From: Candidatus Bathyarchaeota archaeon | GTDB lineage: Archaea > Thermoproteota > Bathyarchaeia > Bathyarchaeales > Bathycorpusculaceae | Length of the DNA: 64,000 nucleotides | NCBI GenBank assembly: GCA_963811105.1 | Contig: CAWEPZ010000011.1 | Coordinates: 448,001-512,000, forward strand | Direction: 5' to 3' | In this document: piece after piece, positions 52,579 to 61,644 of the stretch | Layout: each line of letters opens with the position of its first letter | How positions within the stretch are numbered: the stretch's first letter is position 1 | Program-made: the position numbers and the translations under genes | The notes under the pieces: generated by a model | Databases searched by the model: none | The model's input: only the letters and a program-made list of their open reading frames with translations | Told to the model about the DNA's origin: nothing

Positions 52579-54072
52579 TTAAGCACTTGCAGAATAGTTG
52601 TATATAGCGATATTTCCGCTATTGTAAAGTTCTTTAAACGATTCAGGCAGAGTTGTTTGACCATACCACCCGGTTCCATTAACCCACCAAATTAAGTATA
52701 ACTCGTTTGAAGATTTGCTATTCTCCTGCGCTGCTTTAGCTGGGTCTTGAAAACCATAATTTATCAATCGGCTACTATCAACGATGTATGTTGCCCAACC
52801 ATAAAATGCAGCATGGGTAAGTAGAGATGCATGACTCGGCATGTTGTTTCGGGTCCAAACCAATGCGTTATTTGTGTCTTGGCAGTCGCTTAATTGTATT
52901 GTATTTTGCAGCATAGATTTAGGTACATATGATGGATAACTACCGAAATAATTAAGCGCACCACTGTTCGGAAAAACCAAAAAACCGGCACTTAAAATCG
53001 CTATGATAAAGGCAACTGCGACTTTATACCAGCTCCATTTCACCGCGCAAAGACCTTCTGCAGCGTAAAAGGCTAATGGAAAAATCAACAGTAGTATCCA
53101 CCGGTAAGGCAAAATGCCGCCAATAAAGAAAGCGTTAGGAATAAAAGCAAACAATATCGGAATAAAAAGCCAGACAATCCAAGCCTTAAGTTGAAAATTG
53201 CTTTTAAATCGCCTAAAACCGAATGCCAAGAATGGTAAAAGTGGAAGATAGCAAAAGGCAAGAAAACCCCAAGTATTAAAAACCAAATTAGAGTATGACG
53301 CACTGGCAAGAGACTCAAATCCAGATGAAAAATTCCCCGAAAAACCTAAGGCAGGAATCGAACTTGTAACAAATGTTGAATACAATACGCCTAAAAATAA
53401 AAGTGCTGCAGGTACAGAAAAACCAGCAATTTTAATTATTTCAGTTTTCTTCTTGGAAAAAGCTAAGCGTGCAATCGTAGCAACAATTATAGCAAACACG
53501 ACAATCGTAACCAATTGATGGGAAAAAACAATTAAAACCAAAAGTACAGATAGAAAAATGCCGTTCCTTAAGGAGACTGGCTTTTTCTGAAGCAAGATTA
53601 AAGCTAAAAACAAAAATATGAGCGCGAGTTCACTTCGAAACATGTCCCAAGAAATTCTTAGCGCCACAAAATACAAAGTTGCAAAAGGAACTGCAAGCAG
53701 GCTTTTTTTGTAAGACCAAGACAGACTTTTGTTGGCATAAAAGAAAATGGCGAGCCCTAAAAAGCCTAAAAGCATGGGAGGAAGGATTTTAAGTAATATA
53801 ACAATTGGGGCTCCAGCAGAAGTGAGGCCCAATAACAGTAGATAAAATAGGGGAGCAGACGATAAAAAAGGCCAAAGATTCACGCCGTTTTTCAGCCAAA
53901 TAAGTGTGTTAGGCATGTAATAGCCCACTGAATCAAACCCAACTAGAAATTGACCCATCAAAATTTCAGGAATAGCTCTGACTATGAAAGGTATGGCAAA
54001 TGCCAAAATAATAATAATAGTTTTACTATTTCGCTCAATCCATTTTTTTAGATTGTTTGGAGCTTTAATCAC
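52579..54072 (-). CDS. Polytopic membrane protein, GT-C-like
   Basis: R..PE....F.VGFD...YY loop, LRISWD, H in TM, ALVWTRNN soluble tail. Confidence 0.65.
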   Translation of the reverse strand: MIKAPNNLKKWIERNSKTIIIILAFAIPFIVRAIPEILMGQFLVGFDSVGYYMPNTLIWLKNGVNLWPFLSSAPLFYLLLLGLTSAGAPIVILLKILPPMLLGFLGLAIFFYANKSLSWSYKKSLLAVPFATLYFVALRISWDMFRSELALIFLFLALILLQKKPVSLRNGIFLSVLLVLIVFSHQLVTIVVFAIIVATIARLAFSKKKTEIIKIAGFSVPAALLFLGVLYSTFVTSSIPALGFSGNFSSGFESLASASYSNLVFNTWGFLAFCYLPLLPFLAFGFRRFKSNFQLKAWIVWLFIPILFAFIPNAFFIGGILPYRWILLLIFPLAFYAAEGLCAVKWSWYKVAVAFIIAILSAGFLVFPNSGALNYFGSYPSYVPKSMLQNTIQLSDCQDTNNALVWTRNNMPSHASLLTHAAFYGWATYIVDSSRLINYGFQDPAKAAQENSKSSNELYLIWWVNGTGWYGQTTLPESFKELYNSGNIAIYNYSASA

Positions 54073-54251
54073 TTTTATTCTCCGGTCTTGGGCAAACTAG
54101 AGTAATTAATCTGTTGTTTGCAAGCCTAAATGGCTTGCGCTTATAAAAACAATTATGGAAGTTCTATGATTACAAGGAGCCTATGAATTTGGCCAGACTC
54201 TATCGAATTGAAGAGCTATCAAGAATCTTGACAGGTTATGTACAAAAGTAT

Positions 54252-55493
54252 CTAGTTAGCTGCTAAGTTAGGGGTTATAAATCCTTTTTTATCCGTTTTG
54301 CTCCATACCCTTTTCTGTCTGAATATTAGTTTTACGAAAGCCCAACCTGCAATGACGACCTGAAGAACCCAATAAATGTAAATCGACGGTATCCAGAGAA
54401 TATTTTTAACTTTAATTGGCCGCTCAGATGCAGCTAAAGCTATCCCAACTGAAACTAGGGAGATCGCAGTTAAAGCTATCACGAGTCCTGTTAAACTTAT
54501 CAGTGGATTGCTTTCGGAGAGAAATAAAGCGATAAAAAACCAGTTTATGTAGCTGAGCAAAGATACAACCATCATGAAAGGCCCAGCAAGAGAAATTTCT
54601 GCATCCATTGTCTTCTTATTTAAATTATCTAGCAGACGCCCATATTTCAGAGCTGTTTCCATATATCCCCTGTACCAACGAACCCGCTGCTTGAATAGAT
54701 CACCTAAATTGTTTGGTGTTTCCTGCCCTGAACTTACGTCTGGGGCATATTTTATTATATGATTTTTCTCAACTATCCGTAATGCTAATTCTACGTCTTC
54801 GGTAAGAGAAGTTGCATCCCACCCGCCTAACTCGTCCAAGACGTTTCGTCTTACGAATTGGCAACTTCCATTTAAGGGAATAAACAGCTGGAGGTCTTCC
54901 CTTCCTTTTAGCAAAGCTTGAAACCAAGCTTTCTCCTCCATTGCTATAACCCGTGTTAGAATGTTCCTTCTCTCATTCAACGAAGTTGTCGTTCCTTGAA
55001 CAGCCATTATTTTCTTATCATTAAAGTAAGACGCCACTTTTTTTAATGCATTTCTTTCGGGAAGACTGTCCGCGTCAAAGACACCAACTATTTCCCCAGT
55101 CACGTGAGGCAGTGCAAGGTTAAGTGCGGCTGGCTTACCTTTGGCTCCTTGATTTTCACTAATTAAGCTGAAAACCTGGGAATATTTCTCTATAAAATCA
55201 GAGCAAACGGTGCGTGTGGAGTCACTGGAATTTCCGTCAACTATTATTATTTGCATTTTATCAGTTGGATAATCTAGATTAAGAAGCCCGTTTAAACAGC
55301 GACCAATAACAACCTCTTCATTTTTGGTTGGTACCAGAATTGAAATCTTTGGAAGCTCCTCCTTATTTTCACTCTCATTTGTAAAATGCTTTTTCTTGCT
55401 TCTAATGCCTACCCATATGATTGATCCGTTGTATGCCGTCCAAAAAAGCATAATCGAAAGCAGAATGCCTGTGATAAAATCGGTAATTATCAT
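54252..55493 (-). CDS. Processive-type GT2 (cellulose synthase/PgaC-like)
   Basis: KPAALN, FDADS, LTEDVE, QRVRW (QxxRW), flanking TMs. Confidence 0.9.
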   Translation of the reverse strand: MIITDFITGILLSIMLFWTAYNGSIIWVGIRSKKKHFTNESENKEELPKISILVPTKNEEVVIGRCLNGLLNLDYPTDKMQIIIVDGNSSDSTRTVCSDFIEKYSQVFSLISENQGAKGKPAALNLALPHVTGEIVGVFDADSLPERNALKKVASYFNDKKIMAVQGTTTSLNERRNILTRVIAMEEKAWFQALLKGREDLQLFIPLNGSCQFVRRNVLDELGGWDATSLTEDVELALRIVEKNHIIKYAPDVSSGQETPNNLGDLFKQRVRWYRGYMETALKYGRLLDNLNKKTMDAEISLAGPFMMVVSLLSYINWFFIALFLSESNPLISLTGLVIALTAISLVSVGIALAASERPIKVKNILWIPSIYIYWVLQVVIAGWAFVKLIFRQKRVWSKTDKKGFITPNLAAN

Positions 55494-55946
55494 TTAGATC
55501 CTGCCCCCAATTAGCGAGTCTGTATCTCTAAGTATTTGAGCTAGAAGAGATGCTGCTGACAAATTGATAAAAGAGATGCTAGTAATAGCCTGAAATCTTA
55601 TCAGATCATTTTTCCAGAGGAAAGAAGGACCCATTTTTATTACAGCAAACATAGTTGTTCTCAGACTTTTTAAGTCTTGTCACGCTCAATCACATTTATA
55701 ATCAAGCAATACTCTAAACAGGTTACAATAAAAAAGTATCTGAATAAAACCGTTCTTATAAAAAAATAGAAAGTAGCTTGTTGTGATTAATGAAAATACA
55801 ACACTTTTCTATCGGAATCTTCCACGTTTTCATAAGAAAACTCTCACTTGCCTGCAAAAACAGGTTTATTTTAGAAAACATGTACAAAACATTCATACAT
55901 AAAAAACCTTAAAGGAGGCAAATGATTTCTTTTTGTTTGGAAAATT

Positions 55947-56870
55947 ATGCCAAGATACTTCTTGTTGCTGCTTCTGTTTTCAACCTTGTTTTTGCCAGCT
56001 GCTAGTTTTGCGTTAAATCTAGTTCATGCGCAGAGTGAAGACAATTATACTCTTCAGATTCAAGGAATCGCCTGGAATCGAAGCAACTTGAATGTTCTTC
56101 TCACAACTCCAAATAATGTATCTTGGTGGGATCCCAGTTTCCTCAATTCAACTCTTCGTGCTATTGGTCAATGGAATGATGCGATTAGTGACTTTGTATA
56201 CAATTACTCATCTTATGCATATCTTTCTAACCTTAAAATGCAACCAACTGTTTCGAATCAATCAGAAACTGGTTTTGACATATACATTAACTGGACTGAA
56301 ACGTCCTTAGAAAGCAACTCTAATGAAATAGGGCTCGAAACAGCAACGATTGAAAGCAACGCTATATTGTTCTGCAACATTAGTCTCGCTGCTCACACAA
56401 GCCATGGAAACTCGTTGAACGACATTGATATGCAGAATATTGCCCTTCATGAATTAGGGCATAGTCTTGGTTTAGGACACAGCAATTATACCTCTGACAT
56501 CATGTATCCGGTATATACGTTGCTGAGCCCACCAAAATTAATTTCAACTCTGGACGTCTATGGGGTAGCCGTTGTTTTTGCTTGGATGCAGAATTTTGTC
56601 AGTTTCTACCCAGTGGAACAATGGCTTCAAACAAGCCAGGTTTCTTCACCGACCGATATTTCATATAATGACTTTCCAGTTTCCTCTCAAAACGCCAGCC
56701 CTCAAACGTTAGCCAATAATCCAGCCATTGAAACTTTGACTTTAATGGCTGAAATTCTTCTGCATCCTGAAATTTTATCTATTGTCATATTGTTTATTGT
56801 AGCGTTGTTTATTATTGCAATTATTCCATCAAAACGCAAAAGAAAACAGGCATCTACGGCTGTTTCATAA
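55947..56870 (+). CDS. Matrixin-family (metzincin) zinc metalloprotease, membrane anchored
   Basis: Signal peptide, HELGHSLGLGH, Met-turn DIMYP, C-terminal TM plus basic tail. Confidence 0.9.
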   Translation: MPRYFLLLLLFSTLFLPAASFALNLVHAQSEDNYTLQIQGIAWNRSNLNVLLTTPNNVSWWDPSFLNSTLRAIGQWNDAISDFVYNYSSYAYLSNLKMQPTVSNQSETGFDIYINWTETSLESNSNEIGLETATIESNAILFCNISLAAHTSHGNSLNDIDMQNIALHELGHSLGLGHSNYTSDIMYPVYTLLSPPKLISTLDVYGVAVVFAWMQNFVSFYPVEQWLQTSQVSSPTDISYNDFPVSSQNASPQTLANNPAIETLTLMAEILLHPEILSIVILFIVALFIIAIIPSKRKRKQASTAVS

Positions 56871-57480
56871 ATTCTATAAAATCCTCAAGGTTTCTGGGCT
56901 GTAATGTATAATTTGATTTTCTTTCTTCCCCAAGAGTTGACCAAGGCGTTAATCCATAATCATGCCCCGGGTAAACCTCCAAGGCATCATCAAGTCTCAA
57001 GAGCTTATGAAACAGACTATTATACATGCTTTTTGAGCTGCCCCCTGAAAAATCGGTTCTTCCACATTCGCCTACAAATAACGTGTCACCCGTCAATAGT
57101 TTTTTGTCATCAACCAGTAAGCAAATACTGTCCAACGAGTGCCCAGGAGTATAAATTATCTTAAATAAGACATTGCCAATATTCAAAGCGTCTCCGTCTT
57201 CAACTGGGAGGTCAAAGTTAACTTTTGAGAGTTTATACGCAACTATTTTGGCTCCAAAAATAGAACGCAACTCAAGGTTACCAGCGGTATGATCAGAGTG
57301 CCCATGAGTATTAATGACGTATTTCAGATCGAAAGCTTTAGCTTTTATTATTTTGATAATCTCACTAGCATTAAAGCTTGAATCCACAACTGCCGCTTCT
57401 TTCGTGTTTTCATCCGCCATAATGTATGAAAAATTGTCGCCGTGCTGCTGTATTTGCTTAAGATACACATATATCCCCAC
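56854..57480 (-). CDS. MBL-fold metallohydrolase (glyoxalase II/ETHE1-like)
   Basis: THGHSDH, TPGHS, TGDTLF, GRTD, YPGHDY. Confidence 0.9.
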   Translation of the reverse strand: MGIYVYLKQIQQHGDNFSYIMADENTKEAAVVDSSFNASEIIKIIKAKAFDLKYVINTHGHSDHTAGNLELRSIFGAKIVAYKLSKVNFDLPVEDGDALNIGNVLFKIIYTPGHSLDSICLLVDDKKLLTGDTLFVGECGRTDFSGGSSKSMYNSLFHKLLRLDDALEVYPGHDYGLTPWSTLGEERKSNYTLQPRNLEDFIEFMKQP

Positions 57481-57505
57481 TTTGTTCTGTCAATAAAATA
57501 TAATC

Positions 57506-58249
57506 TTACACTAATAGCTTAAAAAGCAAATCTACATCTGAGGGAGGAAAACCTGAGTAATATTTGCCGAAATACCCGAAGACTTCCATTTGCTTGTTGA
57601 GGTAAGGTTTTATTCTGTCTGCCCATAGACTAAGATTCGTTGTCGTGTCAGCTTCTATTTTGCCTAATGTACCGCTGACTTTTTTCCGGTCCCCCTCCAA
57701 CCTGATATACAAAAAGTCAGAAGTTGCTTTTTCTATTGTGGGCATATTTGGGCTGTCAACCCATGCCAAAGCAACTTTGTTAGTTTGCAAAATTGAATAA
57801 AACTCTTCTTTTAGAAATTCTTCATCCCTTATCTCAACAACATAACAGTTCGATTTCGGAAGTTTCTCCAAAAAAATAGCTAAATCGGGCAAGTGTTCAG
57901 TTCCAAAATTAGGTGGGAACTGCAGCAGCAAAGGTCCAAGCTTTTGCCCGAGTAATTTTGCTCTGTCAAGAAAAACGTCAGTTTCACCTTGGCAATCTTT
58001 GAGCATTTTTATGTGGGTAATGATTCGCGGAAACTTTAGCGAAAAGATGAAACCATCTGATGTTTGTTTTTTCCAGTTGGTTATCGCTTGTGGAGTTGGG
58101 ATTCGATAGAATGTGCTGTCAACTTCTACTGTGCTGAATTTGGTTGAGTAGTAATTCAAAAATTTTTCGGAATCCATTCTATTGGGGTAAAAGTTGCCTT
58201 TCCAGAAATTGTAGCTCCAGCCTATTGTGCCCAAATGAAGCTTATCCAT
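57506..58249 (-). CDS. DUF72 (YecE-like) protein
   Basis: GT.GWSY..W.G.FYP, TVEVDSTFY, K.PR.ITH, LGPLLLQFPP. Confidence 0.9.
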   Translation of the reverse strand: MDKLHLGTIGWSYNFWKGNFYPNRMDSEKFLNYYSTKFSTVEVDSTFYRIPTPQAITNWKKQTSDGFIFSLKFPRIITHIKMLKDCQGETDVFLDRAKLLGQKLGPLLLQFPPNFGTEHLPDLAIFLEKLPKSNCYVVEIRDEEFLKEEFYSILQTNKVALAWVDSPNMPTIEKATSDFLYIRLEGDRKKVSGTLGKIEADTTTNLSLWADRIKPYLNKQMEVFGYFGKYYSGFPPSDVDLLFKLLV

Positions 58250-58250
58250 G

Positions 58251-59678
58251 TTATTCTTTTCCTTTTAACATAAGCCATGATTTGCCGTCTTTAGCTGTCT
58301 TGAGCCGCACCAGAATGTAACGTCCTTTGAGTCGTTGACCATAAAGCGTAACTTCAATTTTGTCGTTATCCCAAAATTTTGTTTCATAATGACCATTATC
58401 CCAGATTTTCACCGTTCCGGCGCCATATTGTCCCTTAGGTATTGTTCCTTCAAAGCTGGCGTATTCATACGGGTGGTCCTCAGTTTCCACGGCTAAATGT
58501 TTTTGGCTATTGTCTTCAGGTATCCCTTTCGGGACAGCCCAACTCTTTAGAACACCACCGCTTTCAAGTCTGAAGTCATAGTGAAGTCTTCTCGCATGAT
58601 GCTCTTGAATAACAAAAATTGTCTTCTCATCCTTTTCTTCTCCGCCTTTGGGTTCAGGGGTCTGCTTAAAATTGCGTTTTAATTCATATTCAGAAAGACT
58701 AGCCCCTGCATCCTTTTCCACCTTTTTGTCTTCAATTATCTGGTCCATTGTACACTCTGCTGGTTTTTTATCAGTTCTTAATTGTTTGAAGCGTGGCATT
58801 CTTAACCGAGCATCCCCTGTAACAACTTGATAACCAACTTCGCAAACCAGCTCGGGCTTAAGCCAAGTTACCGTTTCCATGTTCTTGACACCAAATGGAG
58901 CAACATCAGTTTTCAGTTCTTCAAATTTGTTCATCAAAATTCTAAGAGTCTCTTCCGTAAAACCTGTCCCCACCTTGCCCACATAAACTGGTTTACCGCT
59001 TTTGTCATAAAGCCCCAAGATTAAAGCTCCTAAAGTTTTTTCTCGCGTTTGCTTTCCTCTTGTATAGCCGAAAATTACGCAGTCGCAAGTTTTTATTTTC
59101 TTAATTTTCAACCAGCTCCCTGTTCGCAAACCTTCTTCATAGTGGCTATCTTTCTTTTTCGCTACCACGCCTTCCAAGCCTCTTTCTAAAACCAGCTTGT
59201 AATACGCCTCGCCTTTCTCTTCAATATAATCGGAAAGAAGCACATGCGATCCTTCTTTTAAGGAATCTTTCAAAGTTTGTTTTCGTTCCATCAGCGTTAA
59301 GTTCGTAAGTGGTTTCCCATCCTTTTCTAAAACATCAAAAACAATGTAAGTTGCGGGTGCTCGATTAGATTGCCTTTGAATTTCGCTATCTGAAACAGCC
59401 TGGCCGCGTTCGAGAAGAGTTTCGAAGTCAGGTTTGCCCTCGGTCATCACAACAATTTCACCGTCAACAACTAAGGTATTAGCCAACTCTGTTAGCTCTT
59501 TTAATTCTGGAAAACTGTGTTTTAATTCTTTTTCATTGCGACTTTTCAAGCTTAACTGTGTGCCAATGTAGGCTATGGCTCTAAAGCCGTCCCATTTTAT
59601 CTCGAAAATCCAGTCTTTATTAGAAAAAGCTTCCGCGACAACTTTTGCAAGCATTGGCTTGTAAATGTGGCGGTTCAT
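58251..59678 (-). CDS. ligD: ATP-dependent NHEJ DNA ligase with C-terminal LigD 3'-phosphoesterase domain
   Basis: Ligase motifs EIKWDGFR, DGEIV, FDVL, EGVVAK, WLKIK, LRMPRF; PE motifs KRNFKQTPEP, VIQEHHARRLHYDFRLE, SWAVPKG, TEDHP, YGAGTV. Confidence 0.95.
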   Translation of the reverse strand: MNRHIYKPMLAKVVAEAFSNKDWIFEIKWDGFRAIAYIGTQLSLKSRNEKELKHSFPELKELTELANTLVVDGEIVVMTEGKPDFETLLERGQAVSDSEIQRQSNRAPATYIVFDVLEKDGKPLTNLTLMERKQTLKDSLKEGSHVLLSDYIEEKGEAYYKLVLERGLEGVVAKKKDSHYEEGLRTGSWLKIKKIKTCDCVIFGYTRGKQTREKTLGALILGLYDKSGKPVYVGKVGTGFTEETLRILMNKFEELKTDVAPFGVKNMETVTWLKPELVCEVGYQVVTGDARLRMPRFKQLRTDKKPAECTMDQIIEDKKVEKDAGASLSEYELKRNFKQTPEPKGGEEKDEKTIFVIQEHHARRLHYDFRLESGGVLKSWAVPKGIPEDNSQKHLAVETEDHPYEYASFEGTIPKGQYGAGTVKIWDNGHYETKFWDNDKIEVTLYGQRLKGRYILVRLKTAKDGKSWLMLKGKE

Positions 59679-60502
59679 TTCTGCTCCAACTGCTTAAGAG
59701 TTTCTCGTAGAGCAACCATGAGGCTTTTAGCTTCTATTTCCGGTGGTTTTTCTATGTGTATTTTTTCGCCTTTAACTTTTTGCGCGATTAATTCTTCCAC
59801 TCTTTTCATGTATGTGTCTTCAAACTCACCTATGTCAAAGTCACCTGAGAGGTCGGTGACTATTTTGACTGCCATGTCTAATTCGGCTTTTTGCGGTTCC
59901 TTCAATTTTCCCAGGTCTTCAAAATCTTGCGGATCAACAACATCGTAAGAATAACGTAAGGTCGTTAGAACTAATGAGCCTTTATAGGCATGCAATAATG
60001 CAGGGTACTCTTTGGTTCTAAGTGTTATTCTTGCAGCGCCTGCTTTGTTTTTTCTTTCAAGCGCCGCCAATAATAGACTGTACGATTCCTTGTTTTTATC
60101 AGGCATTAAAGCGTAAGTTTTGTCAAAGTAAATTGGATCAACGGAGAAGTAATCAACAAATTTGCTGATTCGGATGCGGTTGTCGGATTCCGGTTTTGCA
60201 GCGTCTAACTCTGCCTTTTCCAACGTTACATACTCGTTTTTTGAGACTTCATATCCTCGGATAACTTCGTTCCAAGGGACTATCTTGTCGTCTTTAGTGC
60301 ACATTTTAACGTATTTTAAGGGTTGACCGTCAGTTCTATGTAAAAAATGGAAAGCGATGCCTTTATCATAAATCATTGAATACAACTTAACTGGAACATT
60401 AACCAAACCTATTGTTATGCTGCCTGACCAGATTGACCTTCGAGGGGCTTGGGCACTCACCTTTTTAGTTTCGTTTTTCTCAACATTTTTCTGCGTCATC
60501 AT
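59675..60502 (-). CDS. ku: Prokaryotic Ku DNA end-binding protein
   Basis: RSIWSGSITIGLVNVPVKLY, RGYE, DPIYFDKTY, LMVALRETL. Confidence 0.95.
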   Translation of the reverse strand: MMTQKNVEKNETKKVSAQAPRRSIWSGSITIGLVNVPVKLYSMIYDKGIAFHFLHRTDGQPLKYVKMCTKDDKIVPWNEVIRGYEVSKNEYVTLEKAELDAAKPESDNRIRISKFVDYFSVDPIYFDKTYALMPDKNKESYSLLLAALERKNKAGAARITLRTKEYPALLHAYKGSLVLTTLRYSYDVVDPQDFEDLGKLKEPQKAELDMAVKIVTDLSGDFDIGEFEDTYMKRVEELIAQKVKGEKIHIEKPPEIEAKSLMVALRETLKQLEQK

Positions 60503-61377
60503 TAAATCTCCAATTTACATGCTTTTTCAAAAAGGTTCTTCCACGGATCTCCTTTTCGCTCAACTACACTAAAAATATTGAACTCGGAGGGGTTTATTCC
60601 TTTCTTTACTTCACTCCACTCTAAAGGCGCAGAAACAGTTGCTTCTGGCGTTGGTCGAAGACTGTAAGGAACCACCATTGTTCTCATGGGAGAATTCTGC
60701 AGATAATCAGCGAAAACTTTGCCCGGTTTCTTAGTGTCTTTAAACTCGGAGACAATTAGATCGCTATCCTTTGCCAATTGGATTCCGATTTGATGTACAA
60801 AAGCTCTTACTACTTCGAAAGTATGTTCAGGAACTATGGGAATTACAACATGAAGCCCCTTTTTGCCTGAAGTCTTGATGAAAGGGGTAAGTCCTAAATC
60901 GATAAGCTTTTCTTTTAGCGAAAGCGAGACCTCTGCGGCATCGCCTAACGTTGCCGGTGGTTCAGGGTCAACATCAAAAAAAAGTAAATCAGGTTGGTCT
61001 AATTGATCAACCCTTGAGAAGGGCATATGAATTTCCAGTGCTGCCATGTTTGCAAGCCAAATAAGTGTGTCTAAGTCATTGCAAACGATGTAGTGGACAT
61101 CTCTTTTGGACGTTGTAGAGTAAATCGTTTTTGTTCTAGCCCATTGTGGTGTTCCTTGAGGGGCGTTTTTTTCAAAGAAACTCTCTTTGGCGCCTTCAAT
61201 GCCTTCAGGATATCTTGTTAACACTAAAGGTCTGTCTTTGATAACGGGTAGAATTTTGGGTGCCATTTTTATGTAGTATTCAACTACCTGGCCTTTCGTT
61301 ATCTTGATTTTTGGGTAGAAAATCTTATCCAGATTCGTAAGCTTGACCTTTGTTAATTCGTTTAGGTCGTCCGTCAT
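60502..61377 (-). CDS. Stand-alone LigD polymerase domain (AEP primase-polymerase)
   Basis: LTNLDKIFYP, RYPEG, FFEKN, LEIH, FDVDP, KTSGKKGLH, DYLQN, YSLR, VSAPL.W. Confidence 0.95.
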   Translation of the reverse strand: MTDDLNELTKVKLTNLDKIFYPKIKITKGQVVEYYIKMAPKILPVIKDRPLVLTRYPEGIEGAKESFFEKNAPQGTPQWARTKTIYSTTSKRDVHYIVCNDLDTLIWLANMAALEIHMPFSRVDQLDQPDLLFFDVDPEPPATLGDAAEVSLSLKEKLIDLGLTPFIKTSGKKGLHVVIPIVPEHTFEVVRAFVHQIGIQLAKDSDLIVSEFKDTKKPGKVFADYLQNSPMRTMVVPYSLRPTPEATVSAPLEWSEVKKGINPSEFNIFSVVERKGDPWKNLFEKACKLEI

Positions 61378-61644
61378 AAATTTGCACCTAATCTCTTAAT
61401 TCGTTAGAGCGTTATGGAATTAATGTGATTTCTAGTTTTTTTCCTTTTTGGAAATAGAATGGTTAGTATCAAAACTTGTAAAATCGATTGTTAAAAGAGG
61501 AATTTTTTGTAGCTAAACCTATATACTTAACACGTTACTATTAGTAATTGTTAGAAATAATTAAAAAAAAGTGAATTTTGGTACCCATAGTTTGCTTTTT
61601 TAAAGATTATTCGCTAGATAGAGAAGAAGGGAAGAAGAATAGTA

